59,371 bases of DNA, from the IMG/VR virus record IMGVR_UViG_3300048918_000104, positions 1 to 59,371 of that record, one strand, 5' to 3'. Below are positions 44,399 to 52,847 of this stretch, piece after piece (position 1 is the first letter of the stretch; each line of letters opens with the position of its first letter). This stretch comes from a virus. The notes beneath the pieces were generated by a model, which worked only from the letters and a program-made list of their open reading frames with translations, made no database searches and had not been told where the DNA came from. A program made the position numbers and the translations under genes.

Positions 44399-44581
44399 TT
44401 AGAGAATTTCCTTGGGTTGATTGCGGTCTTCGGTCAGGCGGCCGGACTTCTTGATCTCGGCCAGCCGGGCTTCGTTGCGGGCGCGCAGTTCCTGATGAGT
44501 CGGATGCAGGCCGATCAGCTTGCAGGTACGGACGACGCCAAAAGTGCTGCGGGTCTCGTGCTGAGTCAGTTCTTTTTTCAT
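44399..44581 (-). CDS. Hypothetical small protein
   Basis: 60 aa; AGGAG-containing RBS. Confidence 0.5.
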   Translation of the reverse strand: MKKELTQHETRSTFGVVRTCKLIGLHPTHQELRARNEARLAEIKKSGRLTEDRNQPKEIL

Positions 44582-44590
44582 CTGAACCCC

Positions 44591-44830
44591 CTACTCCTTA
44601 TCGAACACTGCCACGCACTCGACGCGGACCCGATCCATCCGGGTAGCGTTATCTCCGGGCGTAGCCAGATTAAGCGCAAGCTGGCGGCACCGGCTTGCCA
44701 GCAGTACGCGGTCGATGCTGCGATTGACGGTCTCGTAGCGGATTACCATGATCGTTGCTGCCGCAATGACGACGACAGCCACGGATATGATGACGATCAG
44801 CGCCGAAGCGCCTCGCAGACTCCACTTCAC
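44591..44830 (-). CDS. Small single-TM membrane protein
   Basis: GTG start with AGGAG 6 nt upstream; TM ALIVIISVAVVVIAAATIMVI. Confidence 0.55.
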   Translation of the reverse strand: MKWSLRGASALIVIISVAVVVIAAATIMVIRYETVNRSIDRVLLASRCRQLALNLATPGDNATRMDRVRVECVAVFDKE

Positions 44831-44839
44831 GATGTACTC

Positions 44840-45049
44840 CTAAAGATCGCCCGCAGGGTCTTCCGTCAGGCCGCGCCAAAAGACGACGCGTTTTGCCGTA
44901 TCCCATGCACGGATCGAGTGTTTATAGGTTGCTGTCGCGGTCTGTGCCCCGAACACAAACCCGCCGATTGCCGTCTCGTACTGAATCTCGTACTGGCCTT
45001 CACGTAGCGGCTTCACATAGGCTGGATACCAATCGGTCCTCGGCAACAT
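44840..45049 (-). CDS. Hypothetical small protein ending DPAGDL
   Basis: 69 aa; ATG 1 nt after upstream stop, GGGAAGTAAC upstream. Confidence 0.55.
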   Translation of the reverse strand: MLPRTDWYPAYVKPLREGQYEIQYETAIGGFVFGAQTATATYKHSIRAWDTAKRVVFWRGLTEDPAGDL

Positions 45050-45050
45050 G

Positions 45051-45323
45051 TTACTTCCCGGCGATAACGAGTTTGCTCGCGCCCGGCAGACGTGCCTCTG
45101 CTTTCGGGAGTTCGTTGATCGTGAGCTTGAACGAACCGGCGACCGGACCCGGCTCGCGCTTGATCGTGTACTTACCGTTCAGGTCGGCCATATCGCCCGG
45201 AAGGATCGTGACTTCCTTCTTACCGAACTTCACCATCAGGACTGCGGCGAGTGCGTCGAGTTGACGGATGACCATCTGATTCTGCTGCTGCGCCATGCCT
45301 GCAAGGACTCTGCTGTTCTTCAT
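45051..45323 (-). CDS. Hypothetical protein
   Basis: 90 aa; GGAGAGG RBS; first gene after promoter 45383..45411. Confidence 0.6.
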   Translation of the reverse strand: MKNSRVLAGMAQQQNQMVIRQLDALAAVLMVKFGKKEVTILPGDMADLNGKYTIKREPGPVAGSFKLTINELPKAEARLPGASKLVIAGK

Positions 45324-45382
45324 TGTTACCTCTCCGTGGTGCGGTTCCCGGTAGCCGACCGGGCGCGGGGTTTCAGGACCGG

Positions 45383-45411
45383 ATATTAGTGATCCGGTTA
45401 AAACCTGTCAA
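45383..45411 (-). promoter_or_regulatory. Sigma70-type early promoter
   Basis: Minus strand TTGACA-GGTTTTAACCGGATCAC-TAATAT (17-nt spacer). Confidence 0.65.
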
Positions 45412-45429
45412 ACACTTTTACGTATATTT

Positions 45430-46257
45430 TTAAGATGAAGCGCCGGAGGCAGGCTCGGCCGGAGCCGCCGACTGCTTTTCGAGCAGGCCCTGCAGTTCGA
45501 CGACGTGACGGACGATCTCCTGCGTCTTCAGTGCCTTGAGCGAGTCGTTCGGCGTGTTGCCATCCGGACCAGACATCATCGTCGGCCAGTCCTGAATGTT
45601 CATGATGAAGCCGTTCAGGTCCCACAGAGACGCGCCGCTGAACAGGGTCCGCGAGATCACCTGGTTGATCTGCGTGTTGATTGCCTGATTCACGGCCGGG
45701 TCGATGCTCGGGTCCGTGTCGATCAGGACGACCCAATTACCGGCGACGTGCTGCCACTTCACGAACGCGATCAGGTCGGCCTGGAACTGGTCGAGCGCTG
45801 CCTGTTGTGAGGTCGGGTCGAGTTGCGTGAAGCCCTTGATGTCGGCCATTGTGAAGTTCTCGACAACCCATGTCGTCGGATCGGGCGCGGCCTGAAGCTG
45901 CGCGTCGGTCGGCAGCGTCGAGCCGAAGTTCGTCGCCACATAGTCATGCAGCGTCGTTGAGTCCATGACGCCGACCTGCACCTGTGCGGTCACGCCTGCG
46001 GCAGTGAGCGCGGCCTGCAGCGCTGCAGCGGTATCGTCGCCCTGCCCGTCTGCGACTGCCTCGCTGATCGGATTCAGGCTCTTCAGCATGGCCGTGGTCT
46101 TTGCCTTGCCCGCCATCGACGACGTGCCGTAGAGCGCGATGCGCAGCGGCGAGTGCAGATTGTTGCCATCGTTACCGCCTCCGCCGCCGCCACAGGCCGC
46201 GATGGTGAGAGATGCCGCAATGCCGACGAACCCCAGCATGAAACGTTTTTTGTACAT
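45430..46257 (-). CDS. Secreted lipoprotein
   Basis: MYKKRFMLGFVGIAASLTIAAC signal peptide plus lipobox, then a Gly6 linker; 275 aa. Confidence 0.7.
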   Translation of the reverse strand: MYKKRFMLGFVGIAASLTIAACGGGGGGNDGNNLHSPLRIALYGTSSMAGKAKTTAMLKSLNPISEAVADGQGDDTAAALQAALTAAGVTAQVQVGVMDSTTLHDYVATNFGSTLPTDAQLQAAPDPTTWVVENFTMADIKGFTQLDPTSQQAALDQFQADLIAFVKWQHVAGNWVVLIDTDPSIDPAVNQAINTQINQVISRTLFSGASLWDLNGFIMNIQDWPTMMSGPDGNTPNDSLKALKTQEIVRHVVELQGLLEKQSAAPAEPASGASS

Positions 46258-46267
46258 TTTGATTACC

Positions 46268-46675
46268 TCAAGAAAGAAGGAATTGTGTAAGTGCGACTGC
46301 GCCGTAGATGAGACCGCTGAGAAGCACTCCGACGAGCGCACCGAGGAAGACCCCGGCAAGCACCGCAGCGATGTCGCTGCCGTTCTCCCAGCACATCTTT
46401 ACGACGCCGACAATCATACAGATCAGGATGACGGCTCCTATGCTCCCCCACAGGATTTTGTCCCCCACAGTCGCCGGTCCGGACTGCGGATGTACGAACT
46501 CGACACACGAGGCGAACGTCTGCATGTTATCGACGCTGCCTCGCGGGTCCTGCGACAGAACTACCTGACAGCGCGCCAGGTGTGCCTGACGTTCAGCCTC
46601 GGCCGCCGCTGCTGCAGCCGCTGCCGCCATCGCGGTAGCCGCCGCGCCGTTATCACCACTACTGCTTGCGGGCAT
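46268..46675 (-). CDS. Membrane protein with poly-Ala N-terminal region
   Basis: AGGAGA RBS; two to three C-terminal TM segments (GAVILICMIVGVV, AAVLAGVFLGALVGVLLSGLIYGAV). Confidence 0.6.
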   Translation of the reverse strand: MPASSSGDNGAAATAMAAAAAAAAAEAERQAHLARCQVVLSQDPRGSVDNMQTFASCVEFVHPQSGPATVGDKILWGSIGAVILICMIVGVVKMCWENGSDIAAVLAGVFLGALVGVLLSGLIYGAVALTQFLLS

Positions 46676-46877
46676 TCTGAATCTCCTGCGCTTGTTTAAC
46701 CACGGCCTGCACGGTGCGGCCCATCTTTTCGAAGCTCACATCCCACACCATTCGCGTTGCGTAGCAGTAGGCCCGAAGCGGCCAGTACTTCAGAATGACG
46801 TAACGGGGCTCGCCGTCCCGCAGACACACCTGATACTCCTTGTGGTCTCGGATTACGGTGACGATTGCTGCGCTCAT
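46659..46877 (-). CDS. Hypothetical small protein
   Basis: 72 aa from ATG 46877; first gene after promoter 46907..46935. Confidence 0.5.
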   Translation of the reverse strand: MSAAIVTVIRDHKEYQVCLRDGEPRYVILKYWPLRAYCYATRMVWDVSFEKMGRTVQAVVKQAQEIQNARKQ

Positions 46878-46892
46878 CTGATGCCCCGGTTG

Positions 46893-46905
46893 AGAAGTTA
46901 CTTCC
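46893..46905. repeat. Palindrome, one mismatch
   Basis: AGAAGTTACTTCC, 1 nt downstream of the -10 of promoter 46907..46935. Confidence 0.75.
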
Positions 46906-47203
46906 AATTATGAAGGTGTGGTTTAACCTTGTCAACGGGTTTTTCCTGCTGCGGATGCGAGATGCGGATCGAAGTAACGCGCACGCCCCCTACCGCCGTC
47001 GCTATCTTTGCGAAGTTAGCAGCCTCGGTCGGTCGGAACGGTCCGGAGACACTGACGACCTGCGCGCCGTGCAGCAGCACGTTCACGATGATTGGCGGAT
47101 TAGCGATGTAGTTCTCGACTTCACGAAAAAGCTCCATCCCCCACGTCGGGCCGTTGAGCTTCTCTGCCTCAAGGAGCTTACTGAGCAGTTCGATAATTTG
47201 CAT
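46898..47203 (-). CDS. Hypothetical protein
   Basis: 101 aa from ATG 47203 (MQIIELLSK..); stop codon lies in the centre of palindrome 46893..46905. Confidence 0.6.
   Translation of the reverse strand: MQIIELLSKLLEAEKLNGPTWGMELFREVENYIANPPIIVNVLLHGAQVVSVSGPFRPTEAANFAKIATAVGGVRVTSIRISHPQQEKPVDKVKPHLHNWK
46907..46935 (-). promoter_or_regulatory. Sigma70-type early promoter with the palindrome at its start site
   Basis: Minus strand TTGACA-AGGTTAAACCACACCTT-CATAAT, followed 1 nt later by GGAAGTAACTTCT (46905..46893). Confidence 0.65.
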
Positions 47204-47909
47204 GGTGTTTCCCCGGTACGTACTTCTGGAAGCCGCACTTCGAGCAGGACATAAGCGCCCTGCCGTCGCCGGTCTCTTCGTCCATATCAAGCTCATGGAC
47301 GCAATTGCTGTCGCCTTTCCGGAGAGCCTTCAGCGCTTCGTGAGCCTCTTTGAACTCCTTGTCGATCTGCTTCCAGCCGCCCGTCAGATATCGCCGCAGG
47401 AACCAGTCGATGACGAATGCCTGCTCGTCTTCGGCCTTCGCCCTGATCTCGTATCCGAGAGCCCGGAAGCACTGAGCGTACGGGATACAGGTGAAGTTCG
47501 GCATCCCGAGAATATTTTTCAGATCATCGTTCAGCCGTGCCGGATATGGATTCTGTCGAGGGTCCACCTGATCGCCATTAGCATCCAGCACCAGAACCCC
47601 AAAATCAGATATCCCCGGAGCGGATGACGGGGCTCGGTCCGGCTTCACAGTGCTGCGTTCAGTCTCGTCGAAGGACAGGACGACAATGCTCTCCGGCAGG
47701 CCGTAGCCGCGCTGAATATGAGTTATAGCCCCGCGCACGAAACGGCCTGTCATCTCCATACCGTTTCCGGTATCTGCGATCTCGTGCATCACTATGTCAT
47801 CGCCCTCCGCGTAGCCTCGATCATCGACGCGGACCTCAGCGCGTTTGCTGCGAGTCCATACGTCGCGGAACGGGATCACGTCTGATTTGACGTGGTGGAC
47901 ATTTTTCAT
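47178..47909 (-). CDS. ASCH/DUF3850-domain protein with extra C-terminal domain
   Basis: AAGGAGA RBS; HHVKSDVIPFRDVW..RAEVRVDDRGYAEGDDIVMHE..TGRFV..I..GYGLPESIVVLS follows the DUF3850 pattern. Confidence 0.6.
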   Translation of the reverse strand: MKNVHHVKSDVIPFRDVWTRSKRAEVRVDDRGYAEGDDIVMHEIADTGNGMEMTGRFVRGAITHIQRGYGLPESIVVLSFDETERSTVKPDRAPSSAPGISDFGVLVLDANGDQVDPRQNPYPARLNDDLKNILGMPNFTCIPYAQCFRALGYEIRAKAEDEQAFVIDWFLRRYLTGGWKQIDKEFKEAHEALKALRKGDSNCVHELDMDEETGDGRALMSCSKCGFQKYVPGKHHANYRTAQ

Positions 47910-47920
47910 GCTTCTTCTCC

Positions 47921-48145
47921 TTATAAATCCCATGCGGGATCAGATTTATCCAGCTTCGCGCACACTTCGCGCACAGCGTCCGAGTCGATCTCAAGCCGCA
48001 GCGACGCCTTAACCTGCAGCAGATCGGATAGAACGGCAGAGAACGCGGAGCAGGCCGCGTCGATATCCTCAAGCTCCGGAGCGCTCTTCTTGACTAGCGC
48101 ATTAACGGTCTCGACGAGCCGCCACTTGTTAGCGACCTCACTCAC
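47921..48145 (-). CDS. Hypothetical small protein ending DPAWDL
   Basis: 74-aa helical ORF. Confidence 0.55.
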   Translation of the reverse strand: MSEVANKWRLVETVNALVKKSAPELEDIDAACSAFSAVLSDLLQVKASLRLEIDSDAVREVCAKLDKSDPAWDL

Positions 48146-48852
48146 GTCTGGTCGCCGCCGATGTCGGCAGGATGCTCTCCGGGAGCTTTGCCGTAGTTCA
48201 TCGGGCGGCTATCGCGCAAATCCGCAGCCCACTGACAGGGTGTGGCGTTCGCAGAAGCCTCGCGTATCTGCTCGGCCGTCTGAAACTGCTCTCGTTTCTC
48301 GCCATACGGCGCGGCGAACAGCGGCGACATGGCGCACTGCCGGTCCTTCGTCGTCGCTGTATTTACGACGCTCGCGATGTGGCCGAAAGCCTCTGCGTAC
48401 ATCCGGTCTACGCGCATGCGCTTGATGAACTGAACTGCAGAGTGCATCGGCTTGCCGGTCTGATGCCAGTCCGGATCGATGTCGTACAGGCAGTTCGCCA
48501 CTTCGCGCCATGCCTCGGCCTGCTCACGGATTGCAGCGAGGTCTTCGCCAGTCGTTTCAGGAGTCGGGCCGGGTTTGGAAGTAACTTCCTCCTTGCGCAC
48601 GACCTCGACCGGCTGGTCGAAGTAGTAGAAGCGGCCATTCGAGAAGCCGTTCTCGTTCGCTACGATGCGCGACCAGCGGATGTCAGTCGCCCACGGACTG
48701 ATGCCTGAGACTTTCGCCGTCAGTTCGTCCAGTCTCTTCAGGCGCGCGGCGATCTCAATGAAGTAGTCGCTGTACGCCGCATAGTCGAGATTCCGTGAGA
48801 AGCGCTCTGCCAGCGCGATCAGCGCTTCAGTGGTGGTTAGTTTCTTGTTCAT
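48142..48852 (-). CDS. Hypothetical protein
   Basis: 236-aa ORF, ATGA-type coupling downstream. Confidence 0.6.
   Translation of the reverse strand: MNKKLTTTEALIALAERFSRNLDYAAYSDYFIEIAARLKRLDELTAKVSGISPWATDIRWSRIVANENGFSNGRFYYFDQPVEVVRKEEVTSKPGPTPETTGEDLAAIREQAEAWREVANCLYDIDPDWHQTGKPMHSAVQFIKRMRVDRMYAEAFGHIASVVNTATTKDRQCAMSPLFAAPYGEKREQFQTAEQIREASANATPCQWAADLRDSRPMNYGKAPGEHPADIGGDQT
48577..48589. repeat. Palindrome, exact copy
   Basis: GGAAGTAACTTCC inside 48142..48852 (E-V-T-S on minus strand). Confidence 0.9.
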
Positions 48853-48863
48853 GGTAGTAGTCC

Positions 48864-49214
48864 TTATAATCCGTGGTCCAACTCGTACACGTAGACTTTG
48901 ATGCCTGCGCGTTGAGCCCGTTGTATCAGATTGAACGTGCCGCGATCAGAGCCGTCATAGAGCGCGACAAGTGCATCTGCGTATTCGACGATCTCGGCGT
49001 CCCTGATCTCGCCTGCCCGCTCGCCGTAGTGAAAGAAGTTCGCGGGTATCCGCTTGGTCCCGTAGCCCATCTCCCGCGACCAGCCCCATATGTCGAGTTC
49101 TTCGTTCATGAGGCCAGTCACGATCTCGGTAGGCCGGAATCCGGATGCGAGAATCGCGGCGGCCACATCAGTGATGTCGTTCACTGATTTCGCGCACCGG
49201 ACGATGACCTTCAT
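48864..49214 (-). CDS. SLOG-fold protein, DUF2493-like
   Basis: MKVIV..EIVTG..PANFFHYGERAGEIRDAEIVEYADALVALYDGSDRGTFNLIQRAQRAGIKVYV follows the DUF2493 pattern; ATGA-coupled start at 49214. Confidence 0.55.
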   Translation of the reverse strand: MKVIVRCAKSVNDITDVAAAILASGFRPTEIVTGLMNEELDIWGWSREMGYGTKRIPANFFHYGERAGEIRDAEIVEYADALVALYDGSDRGTFNLIQRAQRAGIKVYVYELDHGL

Positions 49215-50119
49215 TCCGACGCCTCGTACGCAGCGCACGGCCCCGGATGGCCTTTATGCCGCGAGCAGAGCCCACCGGCAGGCGCTTTGTCGCACGTCTC
49301 GACGAGAGGCTTCTCGCCCTCCTTCAGCGTTGCGTCAGCGCCGCGCAGATCGAAGCCCGAGACGATCATCGACGCAACGCCTGTCGTCGCATAATCGAAC
49401 GGACGCCACTCGTGTTTGCAGGACTGACATTGATGCGTCTTATGCGGCGGGTTGAGCCATTCGTTCTTCTCGATGAAGTCCTCCCAATCGCGCGACCCGA
49501 CGACGAAGCCCCGCTCTGCCGCAGTGATGCGAACCTCTTCTTCGTTCGACGCGTCGATGTGCTGAACGCCGCACTTCGGGCAGTGCAGAACCATCGGGAC
49601 TGGCTCGGCGTCGTGGCTGGTAGCCAGCTTCGAGACAGCCTTGTCGCGGGCTTCATCCATATCCATCCGATTCAGTTCGGCGAGCAGCAGAGCAACCGCT
49701 TTCTCCAGATTGCGGCGCGGCGTCGTCGGCTTCCACCACGAGGCATCGAACGGCCACGAGCGCGGCGGATCGCCTTCGTCATAGCCGCCATCACCCTGCG
49801 ACATGGGGTGCAGCTTGTCGGCCGCCGCGAGCGCGTAGGAGGCTCCTGCCGACGCCAGTTCGCCAGCATCGTTCTTCAGGTCGCCCTCGAAGTCAAAGCC
49901 CTCTTCGACAATCTGCCGCATGCGCTCTCGGACCGACGCCTCGATCCCGTCCGTAATCGCGTCAGGCTTCTTCACGCACACGATCAGCGTGCGCAGCAGT
50001 GTGAACGCTTCGCCGCCGAGCGCGACCTGCTTCATCAGCACGTCAGGCGGCTCGCTCTTCTCCAGCCGATCGATGATCGACCTTGCCTTGTCAGCCAGAA
50101 ACTCAATAGCGCTGTTCAT
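49211..50119 (-). CDS. Hypothetical protein with C-terminal zinc ribbon
   Basis: HCPKCG..CQSCKH CxxC pairs; N-terminal helical region of unknown family. Confidence 0.6.
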   Translation of the reverse strand: MNSAIEFLADKARSIIDRLEKSEPPDVLMKQVALGGEAFTLLRTLIVCVKKPDAITDGIEASVRERMRQIVEEGFDFEGDLKNDAGELASAGASYALAAADKLHPMSQGDGGYDEGDPPRSWPFDASWWKPTTPRRNLEKAVALLLAELNRMDMDEARDKAVSKLATSHDAEPVPMVLHCPKCGVQHIDASNEEEVRITAAERGFVVGSRDWEDFIEKNEWLNPPHKTHQCQSCKHEWRPFDYATTGVASMIVSGFDLRGADATLKEGEKPLVETCDKAPAGGLCSRHKGHPGPCAAYEASE

Positions 50120-50194
50120 TTCCAGTACCCCCTATAACGAATATAACGCCGCGCCCTCTTCGAATGAGGCCCGCGACCATGCTTCCAGTAGTTT

Positions 50195-50449
50195 TTAATC
50201 AGCCAGGGCGTCGAGCCGTGGCGAGCGCACGTCGGCAGAGTCCGACGCTTTATCAGCCTTACCTTCATTCGATCTCCTGACCTCCTTCAGCAGCGCCACA
50301 GCGCCTGCATGAAAGTCTGCCTTCTTGCGGTAGGTCCTGCGCAGCGATGCCTTATACACGTCCGGCAGGTTCGCCTTGTTGTTCTCGGCCAGATGATCCC
50401 AGCGTTCGAACTGCTCACGATGCCAGACGTATAGCTGGTCGAGCGTCAT
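50195..50449 (-). CDS. Hypothetical protein
   Basis: 84 aa, ATGA-coupled to upstream gene. Confidence 0.55.
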   Translation of the reverse strand: MTLDQLYVWHREQFERWDHLAENNKANLPDVYKASLRRTYRKKADFHAGAVALLKEVRRSNEGKADKASDSADVRSPRLDALAD

Positions 50450-50958
50450 TTCGGCCAGCCAGCTTCGGCAAGGCTTTCAAGCACGGAAGTAACTTCGGGT
50501 ACGGTCCGGTCGAGCGGCTCATCTGTCTCGACGTACTTCGTGAGTTCGGGAGCGCGAGCATGTAGCTGCTCGACGGTAAAACATGACCACACGAGAGCGC
50601 GTACCTTATCCTTCAGCGCGTCGATTCGATCCTCCTGCTCTCGGTTAAGTCGCTCCAACTCCGCGATCTGTGCCCACAACCTTGCGTCACCTTTAATTGC
50701 CGCGAGCGTCGCTTTCCAATTGTCACTATCGGGTCCGACGATGCACACTTGCGTGAAGTCCGTTCCGGCTTCAGTGTATGTGTGAGAGAACCATTCCGGA
50801 TACTTCGCATACGATCCTCGCATCTCATCCGGGAGGTTCGATATCGCCCACGTCTGCAGAAGCACTCTGAACTTCTCCTGATAGTCGATCATCGGAACAT
50901 CAGCCATCACCGACTTGACCAGTTTCTTGCGCGCGTCGTTTGTAAATCGCTTTGCCAT
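50446..50958 (-). CDS. Hypothetical protein
   Basis: AAGGAGA RBS; 170 aa. Confidence 0.65.
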   Translation of the reverse strand: MAKRFTNDARKKLVKSVMADVPMIDYQEKFRVLLQTWAISNLPDEMRGSYAKYPEWFSHTYTEAGTDFTQVCIVGPDSDNWKATLAAIKGDARLWAQIAELERLNREQEDRIDALKDKVRALVWSCFTVEQLHARAPELTKYVETDEPLDRTVPEVTSVLESLAEAGWPK

Positions 50959-50984
50959 TTTTACTCTCCTTGTTTATGAGCGCT

Positions 50985-51200
50985 CTACTCGCCCTTACTA
51001 ACGTACTCCGGCGACGTGATCTCGACGATGCGCGGGAAGTTCTGAGCCATGTCTTCAGCCGGTGCGATAGCGAAGCACACTGCCCATGAATGCACTTCGC
51101 AAATCACAGCGCGCAATGCCTTGATCTCGTCGCGCATCTTTTCTTCGTCCATGAGCCGCCGCTCTTCGCCTTCGCGTTCGTCCATCTCATCGGCTGTCAT
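50985..51200 (-). CDS. Hypothetical acidic small protein
   Basis: ATG 51200 ATGA-coupled to upstream stop; 71 aa. Confidence 0.5.
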   Translation of the reverse strand: MTADEMDEREGEERRLMDEEKMRDEIKALRAVICEVHSWAVCFAIAPAEDMAQNFPRIVEITSPEYVSKGE

Positions 51201-51496
51201 GAGTTCGTCTTCCGCGTCTTCGGCTCGCACGTCACGATGACCGTTACCATCAGGTCGCCGCTGCGCGTGATGAACTGGTTGCGTTCGACCTTGTAGCTAT
51301 GGCCGGTCTGCCGTGCTGCGCGCGTGACGGCCGAGCGCGCATTGTTGTCGAGCCGCTCACCGATCTCGGCCGCGCTCTCACACTTGGTCTTGCTGCCGTC
51401 GAACCGTTGAGCCCGCGCTTCCGACTCGCCGGGCTTGAGTGACGCTACGCGAGCTACGAAGCTGGTTGCGCCGTCGTGAACTGAAGTTGCTTCCAT
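51197..51496 (-). CDS. Hypothetical protein
   Basis: 99 aa; the start codon is fused to a palindrome copy (ATG-GAAGCAACTTCA). Confidence 0.5.
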   Translation of the reverse strand: MEATSVHDGATSFVARVASLKPGESEARAQRFDGSKTKCESAAEIGERLDNNARSAVTRAARQTGHSYKVERNQFITRSGDLMVTVIVTCEPKTRKTNS

Positions 51497-51498
51497 GG

Positions 51499-51948
51499 TT
51501 AGCCCCACACAAGTTCGTTATACAGACCGGCCTGAACGATCACGTCCACCGTCTGCGTATCGAGGTAAAAATCGTCCGATGCTACGACCGCTCTACACAC
51601 ATTCATGAACAGGTCCTGACGCACTTCTACATCTCCTGTCATGATGCGCTCGATACCCTTCATGAACGTCGAGCCGTTGATCTGCCACTTCGTCACCCAC
51701 CGATCTCCGACGCGCTCGACTTTGCGGTTCGGATTGGTGGCGCTTTTCGTCGGGCAGGTTCGGTCTTCAGTCTCGAAGATGTTGATCGCGATGATGATCT
51801 TCTGCTCGTCGTCGTAGTACTCAGTGCCGCCCGCGTCTTCATCCAGCGTGGCCCAATACTCAATGCCTACATCGCACAGGTTAAACAGCGACTGCATGAA
51901 CTCATCGCTGAACTCGCGCTCGATCTCTACCTTCAGAACGTTGCTCAT
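51499..51948 (-). CDS. Hypothetical protein
   Basis: ATG 51948 with GAGGGA RBS; 149 aa. Confidence 0.6.
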   Translation of the reverse strand: MSNVLKVEIEREFSDEFMQSLFNLCDVGIEYWATLDEDAGGTEYYDDEQKIIIAINIFETEDRTCPTKSATNPNRKVERVGDRWVTKWQINGSTFMKGIERIMTGDVEVRQDLFMNVCRAVVASDDFYLDTQTVDVIVQAGLYNELVWG

Positions 51949-51950
51949 CG

Positions 51951-52397
51951 TTAATCCCTCACCCGGCCGACGTGTTGAACAATCAGCTTCTTGAGCGTCT
52001 CCGGACTGAAGCGGTCGAACGCCGCATTGAGCCTCACAACTACTGCGTCCGTCTCGCCGCCGACCAGCAGCCACGAAACGATCTGGTCGAGCGCATCAAG
52101 CAACGCGCTGCTGTCCTGCGTTGCGTAGTGCGACTTAGAAGTGAAGCCGCTCGCTGACTTAAATTCGAGTTCGACATACGATCGCACGATCCGGTTAAGA
52201 CGATGCGTTGTTTCCTCGAACTCCTTCTGAGTCATCAGGACCGGCTTGTTGCCTTCCGGGCGCTGACGCTGCGGGCGGTACTGCGCGGCCAGATCGGTGC
52301 GCCCTGCAGCTTCGAGCTTCTCTGCTACCTGTGCGCGCTCTGCCTTGTTCAACTTCGGCAGAAGCATGCCGTTAAGAGATGTCGGTTGCTTCTTCAT
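51951..52397 (-). CDS. Hypothetical protein
   Basis: ATG 52397 with AGGAGA RBS; 148 aa. Confidence 0.6.
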   Translation of the reverse strand: MKKQPTSLNGMLLPKLNKAERAQVAEKLEAAGRTDLAAQYRPQRQRPEGNKPVLMTQKEFEETTHRLNRIVRSYVELEFKSASGFTSKSHYATQDSSALLDALDQIVSWLLVGGETDAVVVRLNAAFDRFSPETLKKLIVQHVGRVRD

Positions 52398-52620
52398 TGT
52401 TCTTCTCCTGAAACTCAATCAACTCGTTCGCCGGGACGTTCATCAACTGGATGCACTCGCCGGAAGTAACGTCCCTGTGCTTCGCCATCTGGCCGATGCG
52501 GAACGCATGGAACTTCTCGTTCGTCATAGCCTCTTGCGCGCTCACGTTGAACGCTTTCATCGTGGCCGCGATTGCGAAGAGCGCGATACCTGCCTTGCGG
52601 TTGGTTAGCTCCATTACCAT
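52372..52620 (-). CDS. Hypothetical small protein
   Basis: 82 aa; ATG 52614 has better RBS spacing than ATG 52620. Confidence 0.5.
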   Translation of the reverse strand: MVMELTNRKAGIALFAIAATMKAFNVSAQEAMTNEKFHAFRIGQMAKHRDVTSGECIQLMNVPANELIEFQEKNNEEATDIS

Positions 52621-52847
52621 GCTCCTGCGCCAAACGCTGCGTAAGTAGAGGCAGACGCTATGATGTTCTCTTGCCGGTCCGATATGCTTCCTCGATCCGG
52701 GTCCGAGTCTCCTTTCATTGCGTGAATTCCGTCCGCTTCGAAGAACACGAACGCGGCTTCTCCGTACTGCGCCTTCAGGTCTTCGTCGAGCGCTTTAACG
52801 AGTTCCGCGATCTTGTTCAGCCGCTTCTCGATGTCTCGCGTATTCAT
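52614..52847 (-). CDS. Hypothetical small protein
   Basis: ATG 52847 with AAGGAG RBS; 77 aa; the ORF-track extension to 53057 would run through the promoter. Confidence 0.6.
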   Translation of the reverse strand: MNTRDIEKRLNKIAELVKALDEDLKAQYGEAAFVFFEADGIHAMKGDSDPDRGSISDRQENIIASASTYAAFGAGAW

